Source: Lingula anatina (lineage: Eukaryota; Animalia; Brachiopoda). Taken from it: 62,984 nt of DNA. The stretch is taken from contig CM120646.1 in the NCBI GenBank assembly GCA_051362555.1, forward strand, positions 24,302,076-24,365,059, read 5' to 3'. The first letter of the stretch is position 1, and each line of letters begins with the position of its first letter. Both the position numbers and the translations under genes were made by a program. This document shows positions 1 through 14,200 of the stretch, piece by piece. The notes below the pieces were generated by a model. The model searched no databases, was not told where the DNA came from, and saw only the letters and a list, made by a program, of their open reading frames with translations.

Positions 1-173
1 GAAACATAAGGCCAATCACGCGGAACGCATAAGTCCGGTACGTAGGCCTACTTCTTACTGAATTCACAAAATGCGCATTGGCTCTATTGCGCCATTTTCA
101 TTCGTTCATATGGGCCTGAAGAGGTGAGTTACTTTCAGTAATTTCCTTTAATAAATTCTCAAATGACAATGAT

Positions 174-227
174 CAGGGGCGGATCCAGAGATATTTTCTG
201 ACAGTCTTCCAAATAAATCCGCCCCTG
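174..227. mobile_element. Minimal MITE, TIR CAGGGGCGGAT/ATCCGCCCCTG, 5-bp TSD ATGAT
   Basis: 11-bp perfect terminal inverted repeat. ATGAT at 169-173 and 228-232. Confidence 0.7.
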
Positions 228-719
228 ATGATTATATAGAGCCTATATCGGTGGGACAGGCATTTCTGCATTGATGCTTCAATCTTAAAAAGGAATATAT
301 ATATATAGCGTAAATCGTAAATTGTTTTGCCAAAGCCCGTCCTTTCCACCTTTTATGGGAAACCCATTTTGATCACTTACGGATTCTCGATTCTCGATTC
401 ACGCACGCAATGAGATATACCAAGATAATTTACTAAACGCTCAGGCGTAAAACGTTTTTTTTTCACTTTAGGTGTATTTGTTTGTAAAAAAATAAATCAA
501 TATTTATTTTTGATTATTTTTTATTTGATTAATTTTTTTTTACTCATTTGTCTATTTTAAATTTGTCTATTTTCTGATTAAAATCAGAAAACTTAGGCGT
601 ACAAATAGCAAATATTTTTTTCAAATCTGTTTACAAAATTATTGGCATCAACATGAACATTCAGTTTGTTTTTTTCTAATCAAAAGATCATTTTAACTGG
701 TTGTATCCGCTTAGGTAAG

Positions 720-949
720 AGGCCAGCGGAAGTGCTTCTCTTAACGCCCAATCAAATTTAGCGTATTAGATAACTGCTCCAGCAGCTAATCGCAGGCCAC
801 GTTACAGTTTGTAAACACAGCTGCTATCTAGGTCAAGGTCAGTCAGGTGGTACAATACTCCCCTGTTCCAAATAACAAAAGTGTTGTGAGACTTTGACCA
901 AAAGATGGCTGAAAATTGACCCGAGGAGGGCGAGATCAGCACGCGAAAC
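720..949 (+). promoter_or_regulatory. Probable FYCO1 promoter/5'UTR with ETS-like (GCGGAAGTG) and CCAAT motifs and a 4-codon uORF
   Basis: GCGGAAGTG at ~726-734, CCAATCA at ~749, CpG-richer than the flanks. ATG GCT GAA AAT TGA at 905-919 lies upstream of the main ATG at 950. Confidence 0.5.
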
Positions 950-2164
950 ATGTCGAGCCCTTTACCTGCCGTGAATCCCACCAAGAGGCAACAGAATATT
1001 CTTAAAAAAACGATCCAAGATTTAAAAGGTAAGCATGCAAAACGCAACTAACAAGATTCACTTTGCCCCCACTTTCCCGTGGCCGTTTGACAGCTGTTTG
1101 GAAACGGTTAGAACAAAACCTTATTTCACCACTCATCTCCCAAAATTTGCTCCTCACTTGAAAACTCTGGCAAAGTGTATGTTTTGATAGCAGGTATGTG
1201 GTGCTTACTTTTGACCTGTGGCCTTTATGATCGTACAATTACCTGTACAAACATGTACAGTACCCCAGTGTGATATAGAACTAGACGGCATGTGTCTTAC
1301 ATATACCTAAGTAAGACAAAGTAAGAGCAAAGCAAATCTCATGCATGAGAAAAACCCACATTCTTTATACACCCAGCATAATGCCTTGGCTATACCTAGC
1401 CTTGCCCTGATGTAGCCTCCTGCCCTGGCAGCCCATCATTCATCTCTGTAGTCTATCCCTTAAGAAAAAGTCCTAATAGGATGCTATAAAATCCTATAGG
1501 ATTTTACAGAATATTAGGCCAATTTTCTATAGGATCTTATATGACTTTTTCGTTGAGGATGGCCTGTCTCCTATTTGCTGTTTTGGTGTATTCACCTTTT
1601 TGTTTTGGAGCCTAAAACTAAAAGATAAAGGTAAAGTTTATGTGGAAGTGATTTCGGCTCTGAAGCTGTAATTTCCCCCTTATCCCTCAACCCTATGAGC
1701 AAGTGACAGTTGTGGAATCTATACAATTTCTCATTGCAGAATGTATCCTGGAGCTGAAGAGTGACTTCCAGGACACGGGCTGTCCCATCACAGATGACTG
1801 TCAGACACTGCACAGGTTCTGTGCCAAGCTGGAGTACCTGCTGCAGGCTGAGCAGAAAGGTAAGTACCCCCCCTCCCCCCGGGGACTGTTTACACCCAGG
1901 GGTCATTGTCAGGGACTGCTTACACCCAGGGGTCTGGGTCCAATCCCCCCCCCCCCCCAAAAAAAAAAAAAAAATTATAATAATAAAAAGAAAGAAAGAA
2001 AAAAAACTTCATGTTTCAAGTTAGGCTTAACTTCAGACCAAATTGCTTGTGTACAGAGTACATACTTTAAGTTAAAATAATCATGATCAGTAGTAGTAGT
2101 CATCTGTGATAAGATAATTATTGGATGCCATTGTGGTTGTTGTTCTTATTGTTTCTTTAATTAA

Positions 2165-2210
<46 letters not shown>

Positions 2211-5200
2211 TACAGCCAAGACCACTCTCCTAGGAGGAAAGAAGGACTATTGGAACTACTTCTGTGACTGTCTGGGATCAACCAAGGGTCTCAATGATGG
2301 CATCAAGTTTGTGAAATCACTCTCTGAGGTACAGTTGGCAGTTAACACTGACGAGGAAATTAGATTCATTGTTTGGGGTAAAATTTATATTTATCGCTAG
2401 ATGAAGGGGCCACACTGACAGGGCTTAAGCTATTAAGTGTAATTTTGTTATTTTCTTTGATTTCAATTACGTACAAGACCTTCTTCTTCCCTCTTTGGTA
2501 AAGGATAATTTCTCAATTTAAAATCTTTGTCAGTAACCTTACCATTTTCAGCCATAGTCTAAGTTAGAGATTATATTATCACTTTCAATTACTTTTCAAC
2601 ATTTGTACTAACATGTGTTTGATAAAGTAAGTGATATATTTTATCTCCACTGATTTTATTATGATATGATAATACACTGACATTATAACATTTCAGTTGA
2701 AGACCAATTTAGGCAAGGGGCGTGGGTTTATTAGGTTTGCTTTGGTACATCAAAGACTGGCAGACTCCATACAGCAGTGTGCTATGAATGGGAAGGTCAC
2801 CAGGTGGGTTTTTTTAAAATCACAGGGTGGGTGCAATTAGGTCACAGGAAGGTGTAATTAGGTCACACGGTAGGTGTGGTAAATAAGAAGGTCACAAGGT
2901 GGGTTTTTTAAAATATTACAAGGGGGGCATAACTATATCACAAAGTGGGTGTAATCAAGAAATCACAATGTGAAGACCAACATTCAGTCAAAAGTTCTTT
3001 TGTAAAATTGGCCCCAGCGCAGTGGAAGTCTTAGAGAGAATTTTTCATGAATGAGAACTTTATACAGAAAAAAAAAGAATTCAGAATTTTGACATTTTTC
3101 CTTAGTCAACATTACACACTCCTCTTTGTAAGATGTACATGAAGAGATTTATTATACACTTGATTGATGAAATTATTGATGACGTAAAAATTGAATGGAA
3201 ACTCATTTGCAGTTTTCTTCTTCTTCCAGTGACTGGTACTACGCAGGCTCAGTCTGGCTAATGCATGAATACTCTATGGAGGTGATAGCCAGCATGTATG
3301 ACCTCAATGAAGTGCAGTTTGACCTTGCTCCCCATGGATACGACCTTGATGCAACGTGGCCGACATTTGCCAAGTTTGTGAAATTTCTTTTAGTTCTTTC
3401 TTTTAGTAATTTTTTATCCAAAAGAATATTTTCTGGAGCAATTGTTTCTGTCAATAAAATAATTTTGAACTATTTCTTAAACATTTATTAATAGAGTTCA
3501 AGAATTATTGAATTTTAAGAATAAGAATATCTGTATTGTCATTGTTTGTAAAAGATTAATGTCTCAGACTTGTTCCAAAGTACCCGATCCCCCCAAAATA
3601 ATAATAATAATGTGAAATGCGATATTGGCACTTACAAAATAATTAGATTGGTTTAAGTACAAGTCTTAACTGTTAATAACAAAGTACAGTGACTTCTGAC
3701 TACCACATACATCTGTTCTCTTCTAGGAAGACGTTTGGCTCGCCCAAGGGGTGGAACCCCCCTAGTAGAACCTCTAGTATGAACAGCCTCCTCAGCATAC
3801 CCAATGTGAGTAGCCATTTATGAACTGCACTCTCCATATATTGTAGTATTTTTGATTTTTTTTACCGGACTTACAGAAATCGCAATTGAGATGATGTTGC
3901 AAAAGGGACTTTGAAAAAAAATTTGCTTCAAAAAGTATGAAAGTAATGTTACAGATTGAAATTTGAAATGTAGTGAGGTTTTATTTAATGAATTCAAGTA
4001 GTAATGTCCATGATGACATTAAGATATTCCATTTTCACTTATACAGGAAGGAGATGCATGATTTTCCACGTCTGTCTCCCTGTACTTAATTTAGAAGCAT
4101 TCTACTCATACTTTTGTGTGTTTCATGCTATGTAGTACGTGTACCTGTAGCTGTGCCTTGTTTTCTAGGAGTCTCCCGGAGTGGTAGTAAAACTGAGTGA
4201 AGAAATTCCAGAATTAGAGATAGATACCACTAACTGGGGTGGATGGCAAGAGCAGGTTGTCTTGCTTTCATAATATGCCATATACCTCATCCTGCAGACC
4301 AGATAACATTCCCACCACCTTGGGTTCTTGCTGATGAGATTTTAAAACCTTTGGCTACATTTCAAGTTCCAGTACATGACCAAGTGCAAAAAGAGTTATG
4401 GAAATTATTATTTGCCATTGGTCACAAAACTAAGACTTTTTAGCAAGAATCCATCAGTGGAGTTTTATGCTCTCAGACCCATTCCTGCATGTTAAAATAG
4501 GAGGCATACCTACTCAGTGACACCTACCCGTATGACAAGCACTGAATTAACACCCATCAAGACATCTGAAACCAATTTTATTTGGATAATTTTTCCTGTA
4601 AAGTCAGCTTAAAATACAAGTCAGCTTTGTTGATGTGAAAATCAACATGTTTTGACACTGCTTAAAATACCAGTGGCTTCTCCCTTGCTTTCACTAAGGT
4701 AAAGATCTCTCACTGGCACCCTTTTCAGGCGGCACTCCCTGCCAGTGGCGCCCAGGGAAAGGTGCTCTATCTACACTTACCTAGGTCCACCTCTTCTGTT
4801 TTCCATTTTATTTATTCTCATGTCTCCTAGACTGTTGCCCACATGGTTGTTTTTCATTTTGTTTTCCTAACAATGGAGCAACTCTGATTGTGCAATAACA
4901 CGGGCTTCTGTCTGTCACTGTTACCCAAGTTAGAAAGTGATCGAATTGCGATGTTCGTAATCATCATGCTCTTTTACGCTTTGTATGGTTTTGATAAAGA
5001 GGTTTTATGTTTCACTATGGATGTCTGAAGTCTGTTTTTCTCAAAGGTATGATATTCAGTGAAGTGTTATGTATTATCTGTTTAACTTGCATGCTTCGTG
5101 TGTCAATGTCTCTTTTCTTTCATTTCTATTTTCAGCTTTAAGTAGTAACCCGAGCCTTTAGAATATCTTCCTCATGCAAACTAAAAGCAATTTTGTATTG

Positions 5201-8200
5201 TTTGAATTGAAAAGAATTTTTTTACATGTTTTTTGTCATGTATCCCTCCTGTAAAAATGGCACAAATATTGGTTTAAAATGTCTTTATTCCTACAACCAC
5301 AACCTACTGGCACTTTTTGGATGTGTTTCAGATTGAATTAATCCAATTAAAAGTTGCAGTTTAAGTGTCCTTTGCACAGCAGAAATAACATGATATTACA
5401 CACGCACGAAAGTGTCTATGGTATGAAACGTCCTTGGTATGGGAAGTAAAAAAAAAAAAACTTCTAGATTGTCACTGAGGTGCAGTGATGTTGGTCAGTT
5501 ACTTGTGATTCAGGGTCCCCACACCAGGTCTGTAGCCAGCATTTTCAAAAGGGAGGTTCTACTTCTGAAAAAGTGGACCTTTTATCATGAAACCTTCATG
5601 TACATGTACCTAGACAAAATTTTATCCACAGAGGACCTTTTCTTTAGCAAAAATTGGGGTTCTTTGGAACCCCTCCAACCCCCCCCCCCCCCCCCCCCCC
5701 CCAGGCAATGGGCCTGCACACACCTCTCTCCTGTAGGCTTGTTAATACATACCAGAAAGTCCTACCCAGCGTATCTCAATATGGCCCTTGGTTTATTTTA
5801 GGAAACCCCAAAAAGTGAGGGTCCTCCCTTACTGACACCATCAGAATCGGAGGTAGAGCAGCTGCAGCTTGACCTGGATCGCGCAGCGACAATGAGGACT
5901 GATTTGTTGCTAAAAATAGAAGAGATGGAAGGAGTGAAGGAGAAATTAACCAAAACTGTAGAAGACAAGGAGGGGAAGATGGAGGAGCTGAGGGAGGCAT
6001 GCGGGGCACTGGAAGTCAGGTATAGACCAATGGCAGAAGTAAGGACCAGAAATTGGTCTAAATTTCTAGACCATAATGTTAGGCTGCTTTGACTTGAAAC
6101 AGTTAGTTGTTCAATTAAACGGTACATTGAGTCTTTTTCATATAACAAACAAACAAAAAAATGTAATGTATTAGACTACGTAATGGCCAGTCTATTATTG
6201 TTAGTAGTGGATTATTGCAGAATTGAATATTTTGACCTGTTGATGTCAAATTTCAGTAAAACGAAGAATTTTTTTAAATCAGGTGTGAGAAGCTGTCCAA
6301 TGAGCTGCAGCTGAAGCAGGAGACATGGCATGAAAAAGAAGAGAACTTGAAACAAAGGATACTTGAGCTGGAGACGTCTGTCTCAGAAAACAGTGAAAGT
6401 GGCAGACAACACAAGAAAGAGGCAGATTCTCTAGTTCAGAAACTAAAGGAACAGGAAACCGAACAATTTACAAAAATCCAGGAACTTGAAAAAACAAATT
6501 CTGATCTTCAATTAAAATTAAAAGGCCTTGCCCAAGATCTTCAAAGCAAGGAAAGTGAAAATCAAAAGCAAACTGAAACTGTAAAAAGTCTGGAAGTGAA
6601 AGTGACAACTTTAGGGGAAAATAACATGAGTTTAATGAAAAGAGTAGAGGAGTTGATCCATTTCAAGGACAATAATGCTTCCAATCAGCTGGAGTCTGCT
6701 AAGCATGTTCAGGAGTTGCTGGAAAAATTGACGGTGTCTGAGCAGACAACATCTGACCTGAAGTCAACGGTCAGCGATCTGTTGCAAAAGACAAAAATCT
6801 TGGAAGAGGAAAAGGAGAGAGAGGCACAAAAATTCAATGAAAAATTACAAAGTTTGGAAGCTGAGAACAGGGAATTGCAGAGAGACTGCGAAGCCCAGTT
6901 TGAGAAATTACAGTCAAAAGATTCCAGTCTGAAAGAAATAGTTCAGAGTGCAATGGAGAAGGAGGATATGGGGAAAGAAATGCTGCAGGCAGCTCAGAAA
7001 GAAAACTGTGATCTCAGCAAACAGATAGAGAACTTGAAGGCACTTGTCAGTGAAAAAGATTCTGTGGCAACAAGACTTCAGACAGATGTTGGTCACCTTA
7101 AAGAAGAACTCAAGAAGGCTGAGGATAAAAGATTGCAAGATTTGAAGGAATTACAGGTATAATTCAAACTTTGTATCATGAGTATAGCAGGAGTAATTTT
7201 GTAGCCACACTGTCTTTAAATATTTGAAAGTTGTCATTAATATGAAGGATATAAGTTAAATACAATTTTATTGAAAAGTAGACAACAGTTAAATAATGAT
7301 TTCATATAGCTTAAGTGATAAAAATGAATTGCAATAATTTAATATATTTGCAGTATGGAAAATAACTAATATACAGTTGTGATGACTAAACATATAATAT
7401 ACACCTTTTATATGATCTAGAAGCAGATTACATTGTCCTTGGAGCAAAGAGATGAAGAAAAGGAAAAGGCAGAAAATCTTTTGCCTCAGCTTGAAGCCAT
7501 GCAATTGAGTACAGAAAAGCAGCAGAAAGAATTCCAAGAAGCACTCTCAGCAAAGGAAAGCGAATTAGTTAATATGAAAGCTGACTTATCCAATCAGAAG
7601 GCATCTTTGGAACTACAGGTGACTGAGCTAAGAACAGTGGCTGAAGCAAAAGAAAAAGACAAAGAGCAGATTAAGAGTGACTATCAAAAACTTCTTGATG
7701 ATGCAGAAAGTCTTAAGTTAAGCCTGAAGGCACAAGTTTCTCAAATGGAGAGCGAATTGAAGATTGCAAAATCTACCCTGGCAGACACCGAAGGCAGGCT
7801 TCAGATTGAGACAGAAAGCAAAGTGAACTTGGAACGCAGAGTTCAGGAGATCTTGGACGTTAGTCAGGAAGAATCTTCAAACGCATCTCAGATCCGCTAT
7901 TTGTTGTCCGAGAGAGAAGAGGAAGTGAGGATGTTGACCTCCGACCTGTCTACTATTGGTCAGCTGGTCAGCAAAATGGAGGACACTGCTGCCAACTTAA
8001 CTGATGAGGAAAAGGAGGATGGGAGGGTTAGTAAAAGAAATTAAAGGAAAACTGATTGTTCTAAGAAATGGATGGTATTTGCAAGACTTTTGCCCAGTAA
8101 TAATGCTTCACTTTGTTTTAAATTGAAGTTAGAATTAAGACTTTAGAACGAAAATGTGATTTTAATGTGTGGTTTTTACATAAAGCCCATTTGGTAGTCT

Positions 8201-11200
8201 GTATTATTAATGAAGTTGACATGTACATCTCTTCAAATTCTTTTCCACCATTCATCTTTGCAGGAGACATCGGCTGTTTTTAGACAAATAAAAGAAAAAA
8301 TTCAAGTGCAAAAGAAAAACAGGTGTGAATTACAAACTCGGATGGAAACGCTGCAAACTGACAAATCTGACCTAGAAATCCAGGTGAGCACTTTAAATGA
8401 AAAGAATTCCCAAACTGAACAAGAAAACAAGATGCTTCAGTTACAACTGGCAGATTTGCAGACACAGTTCAGTAAGTTACAGACGACAGAAGCTGACACA
8501 GCTTCCCAACTTGAAAAAGCCACTAGTGCTCTTCAGCTAAAGAAGGAACAAATGGCAAAACACCAGTCTGACTTGGATAGCGCTAAAGAAAACATCGAAC
8601 ACCTTACGGCTCAGCTAGGCAATGTGGAAAACATTCTGGAAGGTAAAGAAAAAACACTCTCAGATCTTATAATAGAGAAACAAATGCTGTCAGACAATTT
8701 TCAGAAAGTCACCTTGGATCTCCAGAGCTCTGAAGAAGGAATGTCGGAATTACGAGTCAGAATCACAAGTTTAGAGGAGGAGTTGTCCAACGCCACAGAC
8801 CAGATCAGCACCCTGGCCACCCTGAAGGAGGATCTCACTGATAAACACTCCAAGCTGCAAGAAGCTGTTGCCAAACTTTCCCAGGACAAAGGCAGATTAT
8901 TGGAAGAGAAACATGATCTGGAGACAGATTTGGAAACCTCGAAAAATGAGAAAGATTCATTGTTAAAAGATCTGGAAGAGATGAGGGGGCAGCTAAAGAA
9001 TGCTTTGGAGGTCACAGTTGCCAGTTTACAAACTGAGCTGAAAGAGGCGTCAACGCTGAGGGAAGAAATAGAGGATAAGTGTTCTACTATGGCGCGGGAG
9101 ATTGAAGATTACAAAGAAAAGTTTAAAAAATCGGATGAGTTGAGTAAGAAAATGAGGGAAGAGGAGCAGAGAAAGTTGGGAGCAAAGGACTTGATCATTG
9201 CAGAATTGAAAGAAAATATGTCAGCTCAAAGTGCCAGTTTGGATGCAAACATGACTCAACTCGATGCCCATGCCTCCGAAATCAATGATCTTAAAGCCTC
9301 GTCAGAACTGTCTCAGTCTCAGTTAGAATCTGTGACCAAGGAAAGAGATGTGTTGCGGTCAGAAAAGGAGTCCCTGAAAGATGAACTGGATACACTCAGT
9401 GCTGCATTCAGCAAGGTGAAGTTCGAACATCAAGTCGTAACAGAAGATGTTGTTCAGTTAAAAAAACAATTAGTAGAAACAGAGGGCCAGTTGAAAATAG
9501 GGCTAGGCAATGTCAAAGCATTGGAATCTACCAAAAACAGCCTGGAAGAAGAACTTGAACAAGTTCAAGGAGAACTTGAAGAATTACAAAAAAGTTATGA
9601 CATAGTTTTGACTGAAAAACAACAAATTCAAGAAAATCTTACCTTGACTGAGAGAGACATACAGAGTCAGGTCAGTGATTTGATGGCCCTGAAAAATCAA
9701 AATGACGAAAAGTTACGGACATTGATGGAGGAACACGACAGGACGCAGCAGACTCTTCAGGCAGTGAAGGAAGAAAAGTTGGCCGTGGAGTCAAAATTGG
9801 AGGAATTCCAGACCAAGGATTCAGAGAGTCAGGAGAGGGTTTCGAGCTTGTTGGCGGAAAGGGAACAGATGTCGAAACAAGTGGAAGACTTACAGAGAGA
9901 ACACCAGGAAAATTCCGAGTCTGTTCTGAGCCAGATGGAGGAGGCTAAAGCAGAGATGCAGAAACAGTCGGAAGATTTTCAGGACCACATGACCAAGATG
10001 GAAGAGGAGTGGCAGAACCAGAGGAATGTTTTAGAGCAAGAAGTGTCTTCTTTGAAATTCCAAATGAGCGCCGAGCAACTGCAGTTTGAAACTGCCCTGA
10101 AAGTAAGTAATAGCCATTGTTTTTGTGTTTCACACTTTCACAAAAATGCATAATCTGCATAGATGTAAGTTGATATATAACATTTACTGAAATGCACTTA
10201 TGGTGCAAATTACACAGAATGTTTCATTATGATAATTAAAATTACGGTTACTGATATTGCATTTTTCTGAGAACAAACAACTATCATATAAATATTTTGA
10301 ACCAGAGATAATTTTTAAATAGTTCTACTGAAAGAATTTCAGCAATGAAATTGATGATAATCTTCTCTGAACAAAATGTCCACCATCTTGATGTTATTTC
10401 TTTCAGAGCTACTCCAGCCAGCAGATGGACATAGCCAAGATGACAGATCAGATGTCAGAGCAGGAGACACTGATCCAGACGCTGGAGATGCACCTACAGG
10501 ACATCAAGAATGAAAGGGACCTGGAGAAGGAGCAGAATTGGAGAGAGGTGGGGCTCTCAGGGATCCCTGGGCTATTATATATATATATATATATATATGC
10601 ACATATGCTTGCACACGTGCACACTATTTCACAAACAAGTGCTTTCATAAACATGCTCATACACACAAAGTTGCAAACAGACAAAGAACTGGAGAAAGGA
10701 GTGTCTTATCATTCTTTGGTCATATGCACACGTTTTAGTACTCACACATGCTCAGACACAGACACACACTTTAAAACACAAACACAGACCACTGTTGTCT
10801 GCCTAGCATTGAAATTTAAACTATTTTTCTGTTCATAGTGACCTGTCTTCTTTCAGTTAGAGGAGCTGAGACAAGGACTGTCAGAAAAAGGAGAGGAGTG
10901 TAAACTGATGAGTGATTCTTTGAGGAGGGTATGTCCTGAAATCATTGTAATAAAAAAAAAAATTGTGTAAAGTCTACATATGTGAGTATGTAAATGTATA
11001 TGTGTGCGCATTAGATTGCATGTGTGTACATTGTAGATGTGTAAGTATTTTTATTGTACTGTTATCAGTTGAGATTGATGGTACTTATTCTTTCTCCACA
11101 GACCAATTCTTTGCTGGATGAGGAAAGGAACTTAGTGCTGAAATTGAAGGTATGTCATGTGCATTATAATTTTTGCAAATAAATCATCTTTTTATGTGGC

Positions 11201-14200
11201 ATATGGCTGAATTTCTATTCACACATTGCACAATTTGCCCTCAGATTGCAATGTGAAATGCTTCACTTGTTTTTTTTTTTTTTTTAATTTTGCAAATGAA
11301 TCAGTTGAACAGAAAGCACTTTTGATTTCTTTATAGGACTTTAGAAAACCATAATGATTTTTTATGTACGATTAAAAATAATGAAAAATACAACTGATAC
11401 AATGTCCTATTAGTTTCACGTCTCTGTTGAAAATTTTCTCAGAATGAAGCCCAGAATGTGAAGAAAAGCAAAGATGCTGTGATAAAAGAAAAAGACAAAG
11501 AAATCCAACAGTTAAACATAGATATGGTGGAACTGAAGAAGAAGCTGATTAAATTGATAAAGTAAGTCTGGAGTAATGTCTGACACTGTCAGCTCTTTAG
11601 ATCTCAAACACTGAATTAAATTAATATATCATGATATTTCAGTTTTTTGGCAAATTCATACACAGTTTGAAGTCGCATTTTTTTAGTTTGTATGATTTTT
11701 AAAAGCTATTTTAAGATATTTTTAATATTGACAAAAGTTCCGAATGTTTTAGACGTAAAATCTGGGCATCATGGCTATACTATAAATATTTTGATTTCAA
11801 CGTATGATTGACTCAACACTAATAGATTTAAGGAATGTCACAGTTGAGAAAAAAGTTCCAATTTTATCACAATCCTTGTCATTGTCTCCAAGTATAAAAA
11901 ATGGTACTCAACATTATGTTGAGAAATGTGCTAGGTGAGACAAAGACCACAATTCATTTTCAAGTCAAGTGTCTTAGTAACCATCCCTGTTACCATCTCT
12001 CTGGAGAATGACAATGTAGTGTTTAGAAATGCCTTAGGTGAGACAAAACTCACAATTCTCTGTCACAACCTCTCTCTGTGTTCTCCAGGGAGAAAGACAA
12101 CCTGTGGAAGAGGACAGACAAGCTGGAGTTCGAGCACAGAATGAAAGCCTCGGAGAAGTGGATGGACGACAGCACGGTGGCACACTGCCTGGGCTGCAAG
12201 TCTCAGTTTTCGCTGATGCTGAGGAAACACCACTGTCGGCTGTGTGGGAGAATCTTCTGCTGGAAGTGTAGTGATAATTGGCTGGATACCCCTCACAGCA
12301 AGTACGGATATGATGTGTGTGTGTGTGTGTGTGTGCGCGTGTGTGTGTGCGCGTGTGTGTGTGTGTACATGCATGTGTGTGTGTGCTTGTGTGTGTGTGC
12401 ATGTCTGTATGATGTCATATGGAATAGAATACTTGTAAATCTTCACCTTTGATTCCAATTCTCATGTGTTTTGTGATAAATCTTGTGAAATTGATTGTTC
12501 TTTGGCCTAAGGTGAAACTTAGATAAACATTGCCTAACTGGAATTACTGTGTAACTTAAACAAATTCTTTCATCCCAACAATTAATTAAGAAATACGGAC
12601 TATCTACTGTATACATTGCTACTCCAAATATTCAAACTATTTATCTATTCAGGCAGAAGGCCAGGGTGTGCAATGGCTGCTATATAGAGTACCAGGAGGT
12701 GAGGGACAAACATCAGAACACTTCACTGATAGAGGAAGAGAGCGACTCAGAGGTCGACCAGACGGAAGATTTCAGGAAAAGCCGCAGCAGAGAGCTAGAT
12801 AATGGTGAGGGTTTGTTAGTCATTCGAAATCAGATTTGATACTGTTTCAGTCCAGCCTCCATCAGAACGTTGAAATTTTATCACTTGCTTCAGTATGTCT
12901 TTCTCTAATTTGACTTTTCTTGAGGTGTTGCAAATAGATAACAAAATTTAAATTAGAGTGCAGGTAATTGATAATTTTGCATAACTGTTCAAGATGTGTT
13001 TGTACCAAGTAACATTATATGTATTTGATATATCATAATAATGTTTAAGATTTCATGATAACTGTGTGTAAAATGTTTCAGAATCCCCCACTCCACAAGA
13101 AAGCCCTCCTGTAGGGGGAGCTGTACAAGAAAGCCCTCAGACAAAGTCTTGTATAGAAAACGCATCCAATGTAATAGAAGAGGGACCAGGCAAAGGATCG
13201 TCTCCTTCACTGAAGGAAGAAGGTTGATCTACTGAATTTTATCATTGTCATAATGATACGATCGTCAGTAAAATAGCATATAACAGTAACTATTTGAAGT
13301 TGAAAATGTTATTGCAACATTATTATTAATGAGATTAAGGCAAATTTTTTATACAACTTGTATTTATCGCAATTATGCACCAACACATTAACATAATTGT
13401 TAAATATTTTTATTTTTGCACTAATTGGAGCGTCTCTAAAGCAACATCAGTCAATTGTCATGGAAAAAATATTAATGAAACAAAATGTTCAAGTGATAGA
13501 ATAGGACAAGTGTGAACTAGAATAGTCACAGCATAAATCTTACAGTACACACTATTGTCACTTTTGTTCAAAGGTTTTCAAGTTTAACCTTGTTCCTTAT
13601 AAAAAAAAATCCATCTGGATAGGTGAAGATAGATCAGCATTCTTTTGTCAGAATAAAACAACATGAATGGGATTGGATTTTAATCCAATATATATTTTAG
13701 AAAAATTAATGATACAAGAGAATATATTCTTCTCTCCTCTGTCTCCAGCAGCCATGATGTCTTCAGTACCAGAACCGGAAGCAAGTGGAGACAACCTCCG
13801 AAAAATGGTGACCTCTGCCCTGGGGAATGGGGACAGGAAACACAAGACTGTCAACGAAATAGATGACACCAAAGAGACGGGGTATGGAAGACGGGGAACG
13901 ATTTGTGAATTTTTTGTCACAAGTTTGAAATTGACCATTCTTACTTACTATGAAATGAACTAATTTTTGTTTTATTACACTGGTTTTGTCACATGATTCA
14001 TAACTGTTGTTCCTTCCATTCAGAGAACTGTAACAATATGACCAAGTAAACTGTGTTTGTGATATTTTAAATAAAACCAAGGCCAAATTCTCATAACTCT
14101 GGTGCACATATTTTGCTCTTATGTATGTTTCAACAATATTATCAATTAATTTTTCTTGCTGCTCTTCATGTGATCAGTTGTCATTAAGAACTAGTAATTT

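Noticed and set aside
12034-12458. His/Thr- or Cys/Val-rich ORFs (also 31444-31822, 10448-10738)
   Set aside because: Translations of (CA)/(TG)/(TA) microsatellites or antisense to real exons.
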